Of a stretch of 64,000 nucleotides of DNA, positions 37,401 to 49,043 are shown piece by piece. Numbering within the stretch: the stretch's first letter is position 1; each line of letters begins with the position of its first letter. Made by a program: the position numbers and the translations under genes. Source of the stretch: Bilabrum cf. latius (taxonomy: Eukaryota); assembly GCA_965178125.1 (NCBI GenBank), contig OZ237747.1:744001-808000 (forward strand). The letters run 5' to 3'. Under the pieces are notes generated by a model. That model saw only the letters and a program-made list of their open reading frames with translations. It was not told the DNA's origin and did not search any database.

Positions 37401-40400
37401 ATCGGTCCTCCGCTGGGCCATGGGCCTCAGCAGAGAGGGGGAGGAAGACGGCACGCTTGAGATCGACATTCGGACCAAGATGCCCGCGGGACGCTTCTCT
37501 GGGGGTGGAGACTGCGACGACGATGACGACACCGTGGAACCACCCATGGACGGCGTGGCCGGTTCGACCAGCGCAACAGTGGTGGTGGACGACGGATCCG
37601 TGGTGCGCGGCAGGGTGCTTCTGGATGGCGGGGGCAAGCTCCGCACCGCATCCAGCGGTGATGGGAAGCCCAGGTCTGCTGCTTGCAAGCGCAGGTTTGA
37701 TCAGAAAGCGGAACAGCGTAGGGCAGAAGGCATGCGCCGCAACCGAACTGAGCCAGCTGTTGGTGACGACGAGGACATGGAGCTGCGTAAGCAGAACCGT
37801 AGGCTGGCGGCACGGATCGCAGCCAATCTGGCCTGCCGCGAGCTCGCAGTCAGCTTTGGAAACGCCACTATTGACTGTGCCCAGCTAGCTGACGATGATT
37901 CAGGCGAGGACGCAATGGACTTTGAGAGGCCGGGCTTCGACCCTAGCTCTGCCGGTCGCCCGCCCATGTCGGGAGCAGCAGGATCTTCCGACGAAGCCAA
38001 CGGTGACGAAGACGGCGAGGCTCCGGAGGCTACCCGCGAGATGCTCGCTATGGCGCGCGGGATACTGCCTGATGAAGACAGCGACTTGGATCGCGAATGG
38101 CCGCGTGCTCACGATCGCGGAAACGATCACGACGACGCAGCCGGCTCGGACGCGCGCAAGCTCTTGGATGGGGGTGACGGATCCGACGGTGCTTCTGGTG
38201 GGGGTGACAACAAGGACGCGGATGACGACGAGGCAATCGAGACCAGGCGCAGGGGTCTGCGTGCATCGCTGTTTGCGATGCGGCTAGCGATCCCTTTCCT
38301 GGGTCCTTCCCTGTCTGAGGACGACCTCGCGAGCGAGAATCGGACTGCTGTGGCCACTGTGGCTGCCGCTGCGATCAAGAGGCTTGACATGGCCACACCT
38401 GGCTGGTTCGACCGAGCCATGTGCGGTCGCGGTGAGATCCGCGGCAATGGTACGTCCGGCGGTGACAGTCTGGACTGGATGATGGAGGCCCGAAAGAAGG
38501 CAGCGGCACTCAGTGTGACTGCTGGGTATGCGCTGCTCCGTCAGTGGAGCGGGCGAGTGAGGCTGCTGCCCGGCAGGATTGACAAGGCGACCCCTCTGCT
38601 TGCCCAGCGGAGGCTGTCTGATGGCGAAGACGGCGAGATCACCGCGCTCAGGCTGAAGATCAAGCGGCTGGACCAGACAACGCCGCTAATCCGGAACTTC
38701 ACCGATAGCGATGACGCCTTTGATGTGCCCGAGGGCTACGCGCGTGCCGAGCTCGTCCACATGGGGCGCAAGGCTTGGATGGCTGTCTCGGCCATGGCGG
38801 CGAGGTGCCCCGAGTCGAGAGAGACTGCGGCTATGCTGGCCTTCCAGGCAGCTGCCATGGACGCAGATGCCAGGCGGCTCGAGTCCGACATTGCTGTTGA
38901 CGGCGAGGACAATGACTGTGACCTGATTGTGGACGATGGCTCGTCCATCGACCTTGAGGGCGGCGCCCGGGTCGGTGGTGCGATGCAGGTGCGGGGCTAC
39001 GCTCGCATGTCCGGGGGCACGTTCGACTTCAGGCGCTCGGTGTCTTCTGAGAACGGCAATGAAGAAGCTCGCGACACGGGCGGCCTCGAGGTGTCACCTG
39101 ACGGGCTGCTGAGCACGAATCACGACAGTGTGCTGCTCGCCGACAGGGTGGAGACCAAGCCCGGTGCACGCATCGTGGGCGCATCCAGCAGGGCCAAAGC
39201 AAGGATGGGCGAGAGCAAGCCACAGCATGACGACAATGAGAGCGATGAGGGCGATTCAGGCAGCCGGGATGGTGGGAGCCGAGCCAAGGCGGTGCAGATC
39301 CGTGGCGACGAGCGCTACCCTGAGGAAAAGGATTCAGATGAGATTGTGCGGGAGTCTGTCGCAGCCGAGTCGGCCGAGCACGCTTTGCAACGGGTCGGCG
39401 ATGACATCGCTGACGCTGATGCCGACCTCGAGGACCTGCGGGAGGCCCGCGCCGCTCGACGCATGGCGCAGCTGCTCGGCAACCGCACGGAGGCAATGAC
39501 GCATCGCCTGGTGTCCAAGAAGTCCGACCTCGGGATTGCTGGCAGGGAAGGCCAGGAAGACCTGCCCAGCGCTGCCAGGGAGCGTTTCCTGGACGCACTT
39601 GTAGAGGCCATGGACATGTGCATGGGCGACATTGGGCCCGGTGGCGACGGTTCCGATGACGAGGGGGCTCCTACCGGGAGCGAGGGCGGCTCCCCGAGGC
39701 GCATCCTGGCCGGCTTCGCGGTCGGGGGGATTGGCACGCAGCAGAACGCCCTTCGAGAGGCCTTCAAGCTTTAGTTCATGTCCGACCGCGTGTCCGGCTC
39801 GCCCATGTCGGATGCCCTGAAGCTTTGCCTGTGGGATCAGGCGGGTCTCAGTGCTGCGGATCTCAAGGCGATGGCGCGTGCATCTGGACTGCGAGGACCG
39901 AGGGACGGTGACAGCTCTTCAAGTACCACTGCCGCCCGAGTGCTTCAGGAAGGCTCCGACCAGGAAGATCCCTCGGCAGATCCCGCGATGCTGGCAGAGC
40001 TGAGCGCGCTTGCGGCCCGCGCAATGCGCAAGCACAGGCACAGGTACAACGCAACCGGCCTGCACAGGCGAGACATTTTCACCCGCGAGGCCCCGATCGG
40101 GGAGTCTAGTGAGGCGGCATCAGAGGCATGGCAAGCCGTCAATGACCTCGTTGCGGGCTGGGAGTCTGAAACAGCCTATCGGGGCGGCGGTGGCGGAGGC
40201 GGACGCATCTCCTTGCCACCTGCCTGCATGCTGTGCCCTAGGCCTACCCCGGAGCAGGGCAAGCGCGCTCGCGAGACCATGAGAAACCGCACCATGCTAC
40301 GCGTTCGCACTGCATCGGAGGAAGCGGTGGCCCACCTCGCATCCAAGGCGCGTCTCTCCGTGATCGAGATGGAGGCATGCAGCCGCTGCGCGGATCAGCT

Positions 40401-43400
40401 CGCCGAGTACAAGGCCGCCGTGGCGTGGGATGGCACTCTAGACCTGAGGGGCGACGTGCAGATCGACGGTGACTTGGACCTGAGGCCGGGAGCTGGGAGC
40501 CAGGGAACAAGGGCCCGGGATGGATCGGTCACCATTGTGTCCGGGCAGGTGCGCGTACGTCCGACTGGAGTCGAGCCTGTGGATGACGACAGCGATGGTG
40601 ACGGTATTGATGACGGTGGTGATGACGGTGAAGTCGCCGATCTCGAGTCCGATTCGCCTGGCTGCTTCACCGTGGAAGAGGGCTCCGCCGTTGCTGTTGT
40701 GGCCTCCATTGCAGGGAACAAGAAGCCGAAGGTAAAGGCGCACTGCAACTGCACGGGCCACGGAGTGTGCATGTTCGGGCAAGCCAGTTGTAGCGGGGAT
40801 AGCTGCAACAACAAGCCACCCACCTCGGGCGGGCCTCGGATCGACGGCACGCTGCTGATTGGCAGGGGGGCCGAAGTGCAGATGGATGGGTCAGATATGG
40901 GCAGCTATGATTCAGACTCTGGCCGTGCCGACTCCACTCCGCCTGGGCGATTCTCAGCGGGGCGCTTCTAGCCCTCCGCGATGTCTACGCCCCCCGGCAG
41001 GTTCAGCGCCAGCCTGCGCGCCGAATAGGAGGCTGCTGTGCTCGGCATGCTCGATTCGAACGGCATAGATGATGATTGCGACGGCATTGCTGATGCGGAC
41101 GAGGCTATCGTGTGCAGGGCAGCCTTCGACGGCAAGGATGACGACTGTGATGGGATCGCAGATGAGGACTTGGCCGGCGAGTGCCGAGCTCGTGTTGCAA
41201 GCAACGTGGACGACGACTGCGACGGAAGTGTGGACGACGATACCGCGTGCGCGGCCGTCATCGATGGCCGAGATAATGACTGCGATGGCCTTGATGGCAC
41301 TTCGTCTGAGCTGTGCCGGGCCGCAACCGGCGGACTCGATAATGACTGCGACGGCATTTGTGACGAAGCAGACGGCGATGTCTGGGGCGATGACAACGAT
41401 CGATTCGTTGCCGGCGCGTGCGACGGAGTTGACGAGGATTGCAACGGCAAGACGGATGACGATGAGCCACTGGTCATTTCTGGGGGTGCTTCCGGCGAAC
41501 ATGTTGATTCTAGCCCGCTGACCAGGGCTCTCCGCGAGAGGGGGGACTCCACCAGGCGCGGCGCCGGCATGGGTGGCACGGGCGATGGCGGTGATGACGA
41601 TGACGATGACGATTCCTCCGACAGCGACTAGGATTTGATGTCAGAGGACGAAAAGTACGCAAAGCTCGCACGGTATGCCAAGCTGGAGGGCCTCTGCAGA
41701 GCACACCTGCAGGAGAACCGCCGGGGCCCGCTGTGGCGCGTGTCGGCGGCATTCCGTGGCACTTACAACATCTCGAGCGCGATATTTCCCCCTGCCGAGA
41801 ACAGGTACTGGTATGCGCTGCGGATGTGCGCCGGACTGCGGGTCGCAGCTGTGGCGGGTTCTCGGATCAAGCGCGCAGACGGGAGTGCTAGGCCTCTCGC
41901 GAACTCGACCACGGCTGAGGTGATCGAGGTGATCCGTCGCCTTGCGGGCGAGCCCACCGATGGCAGCTCCACCGCAACCCTCCGTGAGATGATCGCAAGT
42001 CTTGCAGATAGGGCAACCCACCTTATCGGGCGGGTGGCCTCGGCTGCCAACGATACTGAACCAGACCGAGACGATGCCTCGATTCGGAGGAGGGAGCAAG
42101 CCGGTATCTCTGGCCAAGCGGGTTCCAGGCTTGAGCTGACAGCCGGCGAGCACACCATCAGCCTCGGTGGAAAGAGTCGCAGCAACACCAGGGTAGACAC
42201 CACCGCAAGGGTCATGTCCGGCAAGCCGAATCGTGACGACTCGAACGACGAGTCTGAGGAGGAGAAGAAGCGCATGGAGGCGGAGGAGGCCGTAGAGGAC
42301 ACGGTCGAAGAAGACACCACAGGCTGTCCCGTGCGCGACCGGGACGAAATCACGAGCGTTTCTCATGCAGACGACTGGAACGAGTGCATTGGCGGGCTGA
42401 GGTGCCGAGCCTCGAGCGGAGATGCCGGCAGCAGCGGGTCCGATGCCTCGAGGGGACGCATTCTCCTGGATCCCCACACGCTCTCGTTCGATAACTTCGA
42501 CAGCGACTCCGACGGAGACGGCCTTGGCGACGGCACGGAGGCGGACATGGAGATGATGTTCGATGCAGTGGGAGATGATGGAGCCCGTCCAGACTCTCGC
42601 TGGAACGTGCCCACGTTCCAGCACCTGCTGTCGATCCAGAAGCAATATGCGCTACACGTGCAGCGTGCACCAACGGAAGGATCCGGTGAGCGCCGCGACC
42701 GACCCTCGAAGAAATGCTGTGTCGTGCACAGCTGCGGCAAGGGTCCGGACGATGCATCAGCAAGGTGCCTTGGGCCGGTGCTGGACGCCGAGAAGGACTG
42801 TCCCACAGGAACTGTGGTGGATCGGCCGTGCGACGAGACCTGCCCCCAAGCTCGCTCGCCTTGGTTTGACACTGCGCACCAGCTTGACCCGTCAATGCAG
42901 AACCGGACCGACTCTGGCTCTGATGGAGGTGTAACCAGCCCGGTCGGAGATGGTCCAGGCAGCGATGACGGTCCAGGTTCCGGCGGTGCTGGAACTGGCG
43001 GTCCTGCCGGTGATGATGACGGCCCAACAGGCGGGTCCGGAATCCCTGGCGTTGACGGTCCGGGCTCCGGCGGTCCTGGAACTGGCGGTCCTGCCGGTGA
43101 TGATGACGGCCCAACAGGCGGGTCCGGAATCCCTGGCGTTGACGGTCCGGGCTCCGGCGGTCCTGGAACTGGCGGTCCTGCCGGTGATGATGACGGCCCA
43201 ACAGGCGGGTCCGGAATCCCTGGCGTTGACGGTCCGGGCTCCGGCGGTCCTGGAACTGGCGGTCCTGCCGGTGATGATGACGGCCCAACAGGCGGGTCCG
43301 GAATCCCTGGCGTTGACGGTCCGGGCTCCGGCGGTCCTGGAACTGGCGGTCCTGCCGGTGATGATGACGGCCCAACAGGCGGGTCCGGAATCCCTGGCGT

Positions 43401-46311
43401 TGACGGTCCGGGCTCCGGCGGTCCTGGAACTGGCGGTCCTGCCGGTGATGATGACGGCCCAACAGGCGGGTCCGGAATCCCTGGCGTTGACGGTCCGGGC
43501 TCCGGCGGTCCTGGAACTGGCGGTCCTGCCGGTGATGATGACGGCCCAACAGGCGGGTCCGGAATCCCTGGCGTTGACGGTCCGGGCTCCGGCGGTCCTG
43601 GAACTGGCGGTCCTGCCGGTGATGATGACCTGCTCACCAGTGGTCCGGGGACTGGCGGTCCTGGTCCTGCCGCCGATGATGACTTGCTCATGGGTGGTCC
43701 GAACAGTGACGGCGGCGTTGGTGCGGAGAACAAGAAGAAGTGTGCCGTATGCAGCGCCACAGCCTCGGTGTTTGCCAAGGCGCTCAAGGCAGCCGCCAAG
43801 CGCGAAATGATCAACAGCCGAGACGGAATGTGCTCGGCATTGCAGGTGACCGACGGCGGCTCGGATGCAATGTGCAGCGCGATTGCCGTTGCGGCAGGCC
43901 TGGAACAAGGCAGTGATGAGTGGAAGCTCTTCTCGCACGTCTGCGTCAAGGCTCTGGATGACCATCCCAGCATCTTAGATGCCCTCAAGTGCATTTGCAG
44001 CAACGTGGGCGACCTGAAGCTCCGCATCCTGTGGGAGCTTCTGTCCCGCATCGAGTGCATTATTTGCAAGGAGCACTGCATGGCAGCAGGCGTTGACATT
44101 TGCGAGCCCATGCGATCGCTGCAGTTGGACGGTAGCTGGCGTGAGACGTACTACAGTACGTGGAGCTCTATCCAGAGGTGCATGTAGGCTGCTAGCGATG
44201 GTGGGTCGATTCCCGGGCGGCAGCTCCGCGGCTCAATTGCTCGCCCCTAGGTGAGGCAGCTTCAGCAGACTGATTTAGGAGAAGGTGATATCATCGCAGC
44301 CATCCAACAGAGCGGTGGCGACGGGGGTGCATCCTCGGCCTCTGAGACGGTGGTGTTCGGAGAGCTGGTCGGCTGCGGTGAGGTCAGCTCTGGCGACCTT
44401 CGTATCGCTGGGGGTGGTATCCTGGCCCCGGGTACTGCAGACCCGCTGACTCCTTGCCAGGCATACGTGGCCGGCGAGCTCACCGTGGAGGCCGGTGGTG
44501 AGCTGGCAATCGACGTGTCTCCTGCAATGCAGGGCACGGCCGCTTCCTCGGACAGCGTGCACAGTGGGGGCATCGCATTCCTCGCGGGTGGATCCGCGGT
44601 GGCAGCGACTTCGACGCAGTCTGATGGGGTTCTTAGCTCCCTGCCGCTCGACCTTGTTTCTTCGGACGTGCTCGCAGGAATGCCCAACGACCAGTGCAGC
44701 GTGATCGGGTTCGTGATCGACAACAACCAGCAGGTGACTGGGCAGTTCTCTGTTGTAGAGAGCCTGGCCGGCATCTCTGCTGTCCAATTCGCGGGGTCGG
44801 TCTGCGCACCTTCGGGCCCATAGCCTTCACCATCCAGCTCGCTGGGCCCATAGCCTTCATCGTCCAGCTCGTTGGGTCCATAGCCTTCACCTTCAAGCTC
44901 GCCAATGCCGATGCAGGGTAGCAACTCCCCGCAGCCGTCCAGTCCGGGCCAGGGCAACGGGTCCCCCAGCCCGATCCCATCTTCCAGCTCGTCGGCGAAC
45001 CCATTTGTGTCGTCTTCTAGCAAACCCGCGGACCCGACTCGCAATCCTGAGCCCAGCATCATGCCCAGCAGCTCACCCTTACCCGCCGCCGCGACCCCTA
45101 CTCCGTCTAGGCAGCCGGGTGCATCGGCCTCCCCATCGCCCAAGCCACCACGCCGCGACGTCTGCGCGCCGAACGGGAGACAAGTGTGCCAGAACAACGC
45201 AACCTGCACGGTTGAGATGTCATCCACCGGTGGATTCGCGGCCGAGTGCTCATGCAGGCTCGGCTTCACTGGCGATCGCTGCACGGTCGCGCCGGTGAAC
45301 CCCTGCGACGGCGTATAGTGCGGCAATGGCGTGTGCGCTGCCGGTGCTTCTGGGAATCACAAGTGCTTGTGCAACGCCGGGTTCGTACCTAGCCCCGAAG
45401 GCGTGTGCAACCTTGCGCCAGTGGAGCCGACCTGCAACGACGGTTTGCAGAATCTGGACGAGTCGGACGTAGATTGCGGCGGCGGGTGCGATGACAAGTG
45501 TGCGTCGGGACTTACCTGCTACACCAGTGCGGACTGCGACGGCGATCTCGTGTGCGGTGGCGAAAACGATGCCGATTCTGGCGTGTGCATGCCGGCCACG
45601 CGTCCGGCCGGCGTGGTCGCTTCCTTCAACGGCGTCGGCTTCCGCGGTATCACCAAGCAGCAGTTCTCCAGCGCCTTGAGCCAGGCCTACATCGATTCGC
45701 TGGTTCTCAGCATGGATGGGGCCAAGGATGCCAGCATCATACGAGTGAAGGATATTCCAAGCAGCTCCCGCAGGCAGCTGCAGTCCACGAGCGCGGGCAT
45801 TGTCGTTGACTCGGAGGTGATCTTCCACGAAGACGTCTCTGAGCAGGACGCCAGTGCGCAGGTCACGGCCACCACGGCAACGCCCTCGTCTGGTGGGGGT
45901 GCATCTGCGCTTTAGATGGCCGTGCAGTCCGCTGCTGAGCGTGCCGGACTCGGCTCTGCGGTTCAGGTGGACGTTTCTGCTGTGCAGACTGAGACGTCGA
46001 CCCGCACCACTGTGATCAGTGCCAACGAGGTCAGCGCTTCCAACCCCAACGCGCCCGGCGGCGGCGGCGGTGACGACGACGACTCCGGGGGAATCGGACT
46101 TGGTGCGATCATTGGAATCATCGTGGGTGTGCTGGTTGTGGGAGGAATCGCCATCGGCGCCATGATGATGTGCCGCAGTCCCACGAGGGCGCCCAGGCAG
46201 TCGAGATCAAACGACATTGGCCAACAGGCTGCCTCCAAGGCTGACGGCAGCTTTGGCACGCAGAATCCCATGCCGGTCGGGTTCGCCTCGAAGTCTGCAG
46301 AGGCTGTGTAA
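34414..46311 (+). CDS. Giant (~3,965 aa) single-pass cell-surface/adhesin-like protein
   Basis: Signal peptide MRLAAGWSLLALVLSTVAVA. One intronless frame with 12 in-frame TAG. Contains beta-strand-rich segments, DDDCDG repeats, a Gly/Pro repeat, a saposin-like Cys block, EGF-like domains, a TM helix (GLGAIIGIIVGVLVVGGIAIG) and a QNPM tail. Ends TAA. Confidence 0.85.
42967..43628 (+). repeat. 87-bp coding tandem repeat x~7.5 (GPGSGGPGTGGPAGDDDGPTGGSGIPGVD)
   Basis: The anchor ggtcctgccggtgatgatgac recurs at 43000, 43087 ... 43609 with exact 87-bp spacing. Confidence 0.95.
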
Positions 46312-46650
46312 GGTGCCGTGGGGCGGCAATACATGATGTGTTTTGAATTCAACTCCAAGTGTGGGCAGATATCCGCAGCGCCGTCGTGCTGCTGATGGTC
46401 ACTTGCCAGTGCACCACAGCCTCTCAGCTCCATCAGGAGCAAGCACTGCCGTGGACCACACTTGGACCTGGATACGGCATGACACGGGGATTGGGCTCTG
46501 GGCCAACTAGGCGGTTCACCAGTCAGCAACTCCGTAGCGTGTCGAATTCAGTGCTTGTTTGCTAGCAATACTTCGCACTTTTTGTGCAAGACTTGTGTGT
46601 ATTTTGAACAGCCACAGCAACGCAATCCGGAATCCGGATGTGAGCCCTGG

Positions 46651-48862
46651 TCATGCAGGATCCACCGCATGAAAGCTCGCGTGTCCGGCCAAGATGGCCT
46701 CTCGGACTACTTCCGGCTTTTGGCGCTCCGCCTTCGAATCTCCAACCTTGTCACAGCACAGTCTCACCGCACACAACAACAAGCGCTTCCCTGCTTGCCT
46801 AGCGCCACGCAAAGCCGCAGCAGCGTGCAAATTCTTTGAGAAAAGTATCCCCACATCAGCACCAGAGTATCCATCGGGCAGGTGCAGCGCTACCTCTGCA
46901 TCACCACCCGGTGTCATCATAGAGCCCACCGGGACCACCAACACGGACCACGTAGAGTGCACCTCACCAGGCATGCCGTCATATGCCATAAAATCGGTAC
47001 CAAACACCGCACCGTCCTGCAGCGTCCATCCCTTGCGCATCAGGGCAAGAGCTCCACACGCTCGGTGCCACACAAGAGAGTCGCTAGCTTGCAATCGGGA
47101 CAAGAGGAAATTGAGGGAAGCTGTGGGCTTTGATGTTCCACCCTTTTGCGCGTCACCCGCTCTGCTATCACTAAATGAGGCTCCAGAGGCCGTTTCACCG
47201 AAAGCTCCCAACAAACCCTGCCCCCCTGCTGCAGGACTCGCGGCGCCGGTGTGCTGTGCAGCCTCTGCCTCTGCTGCAGCCCCGGGTGTTCCAGCGCTCA
47301 TAGCCTGCAACCTCAACGCGGGGTATCCAGGCACCAGCCCAAGTGCAAGTAGAACACACTCCGGAGTTGAAAGATCAACTGTGCATGGGCTGTCCTGCCA
47401 GGCAGCACAGACCTCCGGTTGCATTGCAATAGGAGGGGCGTTTCCTTGACTTCCTGCAGCGGCTTCGTGTGGGCTCTCTTCCAGAATTCCATCTCTAGCG
47501 GAATCTTCTGTAGGCTTTCCGGCAGCTTCCGATTCATCCACCGTTGCAACGAACAGCCTCGATCGAGCCCAAGAAGTCCTGGCCTTCCAACGTGCAACTG
47601 GCTTTGCTTCCGCCACTCTCATGGCCTTTGAGGAACTCAAAGCAGTGCTACGTTCGTCGGAGCCAGCGATTGCAATGGATGGGCCCGTTGCAACGCCTTT
47701 CGTCGTCGTTTTCTTGCAGACTTTCCCTAGTCTGTGTGTGAGTTCAGCAGCTGCATCCCAAGAAGTTTTTGCAGCACCCGCATGGCCTGCTTTGCGGCCG
47801 CTGTGCGCTTCAGAGCTACCTGCAGCCCCATGAGCTTCTCTTGCTTCGCCAACAGAACTTGTTTTTGCCGGAGCATGGGCGGGTAATGCAGCAGACCCCG
47901 ATACCCGCGGAGAGTCCAGTCCCGGCACCTGAGACGCTGATGGATCTATTACACTTACAGCTGAGCTGTTTCGCTCGTGAACCACCTTTTGAATGGTGGA
48001 ATGCAGGCGCTTCTGGTCAATGGTTGCGCTTCCTGGCACCACTGGTACCACAACGACGGCAAAGTTGGATTCGTATGGCTGCTTGCTTCCCCTGTGGCAA
48101 GGTGCCGGGCCTGCCGCTGGCTCTGTTGGGCTGTGCGTAGTTTTAACCACAACGACAGCAACCCTGGATGCAGCCCCTGTGAAGGTCTAGAATGCATGCT
48201 CTATTCTATCCAGGAATCTATTCGTGTCGTGATGCCCTAGTTTAGCGGCAGCTCGTGCCGGCTCAATGCGGATGTCAGTTCGAGGGGGTATTCGGCGAGA
48301 TTTTTGGCGACTTCTGGTGGCAGTATCGATGCCTGACCAGGCATCTGATCCAGCGTTTACCCAGTCAACGTCAGCTACTTCGCTGGATGCTTCTATCGGA
48401 TAAGATTCGTGCACACACGCATCAGCGAAGCCCAGCTTGCCGAGCCTAGCACTGTCAACTACAGCTTGCCATGATAGACATTCAGATTCCTTAGAAGGAG
48501 ATACAAATGGAGCATCAGACGACGCTGAGCCTACAATATCTACCTAACTTGTGCTAAAGTCCATGGTACTCGCAAAGATACCTGCAGAATTGAAGCACTT
48601 CGCAAGTGCAACAGCCGCAGCCCGAGACAGGATCACGTTTACTTGGGCGGAAATTTGAGAGCCAGAGGACACATCACCAATACACTGATGCTAAAGCGCC
48701 TGCGCGGTTCAAGATATGCACCGAAGAGCGACCAAGCGTACCAACAAATGCTCTTGCATTGCCTCCGTCTTCAAATGGCTCGCTTACGTGCGCAACATCT
48801 CCGCACTTTCCAACGAGCTGGGGGCGCACAACACCCTTAACTTCTTGAAATGCGACTTCCAT
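46651..48862 (-). CDS. SEN2: tRNA-splicing endonuclease catalytic subunit, Sen2-like
   Basis: C-terminal DLSTPECVLLALG ... GWTLQDGAVFGTDFMAYDGMPGEVHSTWSVLV ... RQAGKRLLLC retains the Tyr/His/Lys triad. The frame extends upstream through TAG at 48187, 48544 and 48691. Putative intron 48700-48787 and start at 48862 are less certain. Ends TGA. Confidence 0.7.
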
Positions 48863-49043
48863 GCTACATTTGCTGACTATTGTGCTGTAGAATTCGCTCA
48901 AGCCCTCCCACTGGCAGCGGTTGCAACCTCTCTGGCAGTCAGTTCGTATTTCTGTTTTCATATTGCGAAATTGCAGTATCTTTATCATCAAGATTGTTAT
49001 GTAGGCTGGAAATAAGCGACCACGAGGCGAAATAGGCGCAGCG

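Noticed and set aside
42350-44111. Long ORFs in alternative frames and strands over the 87-bp array; CRISPR-like appearance
   Set aside because: A stop-free repeat unit keeps many frames open. There are no unique spacers and no cas genes.
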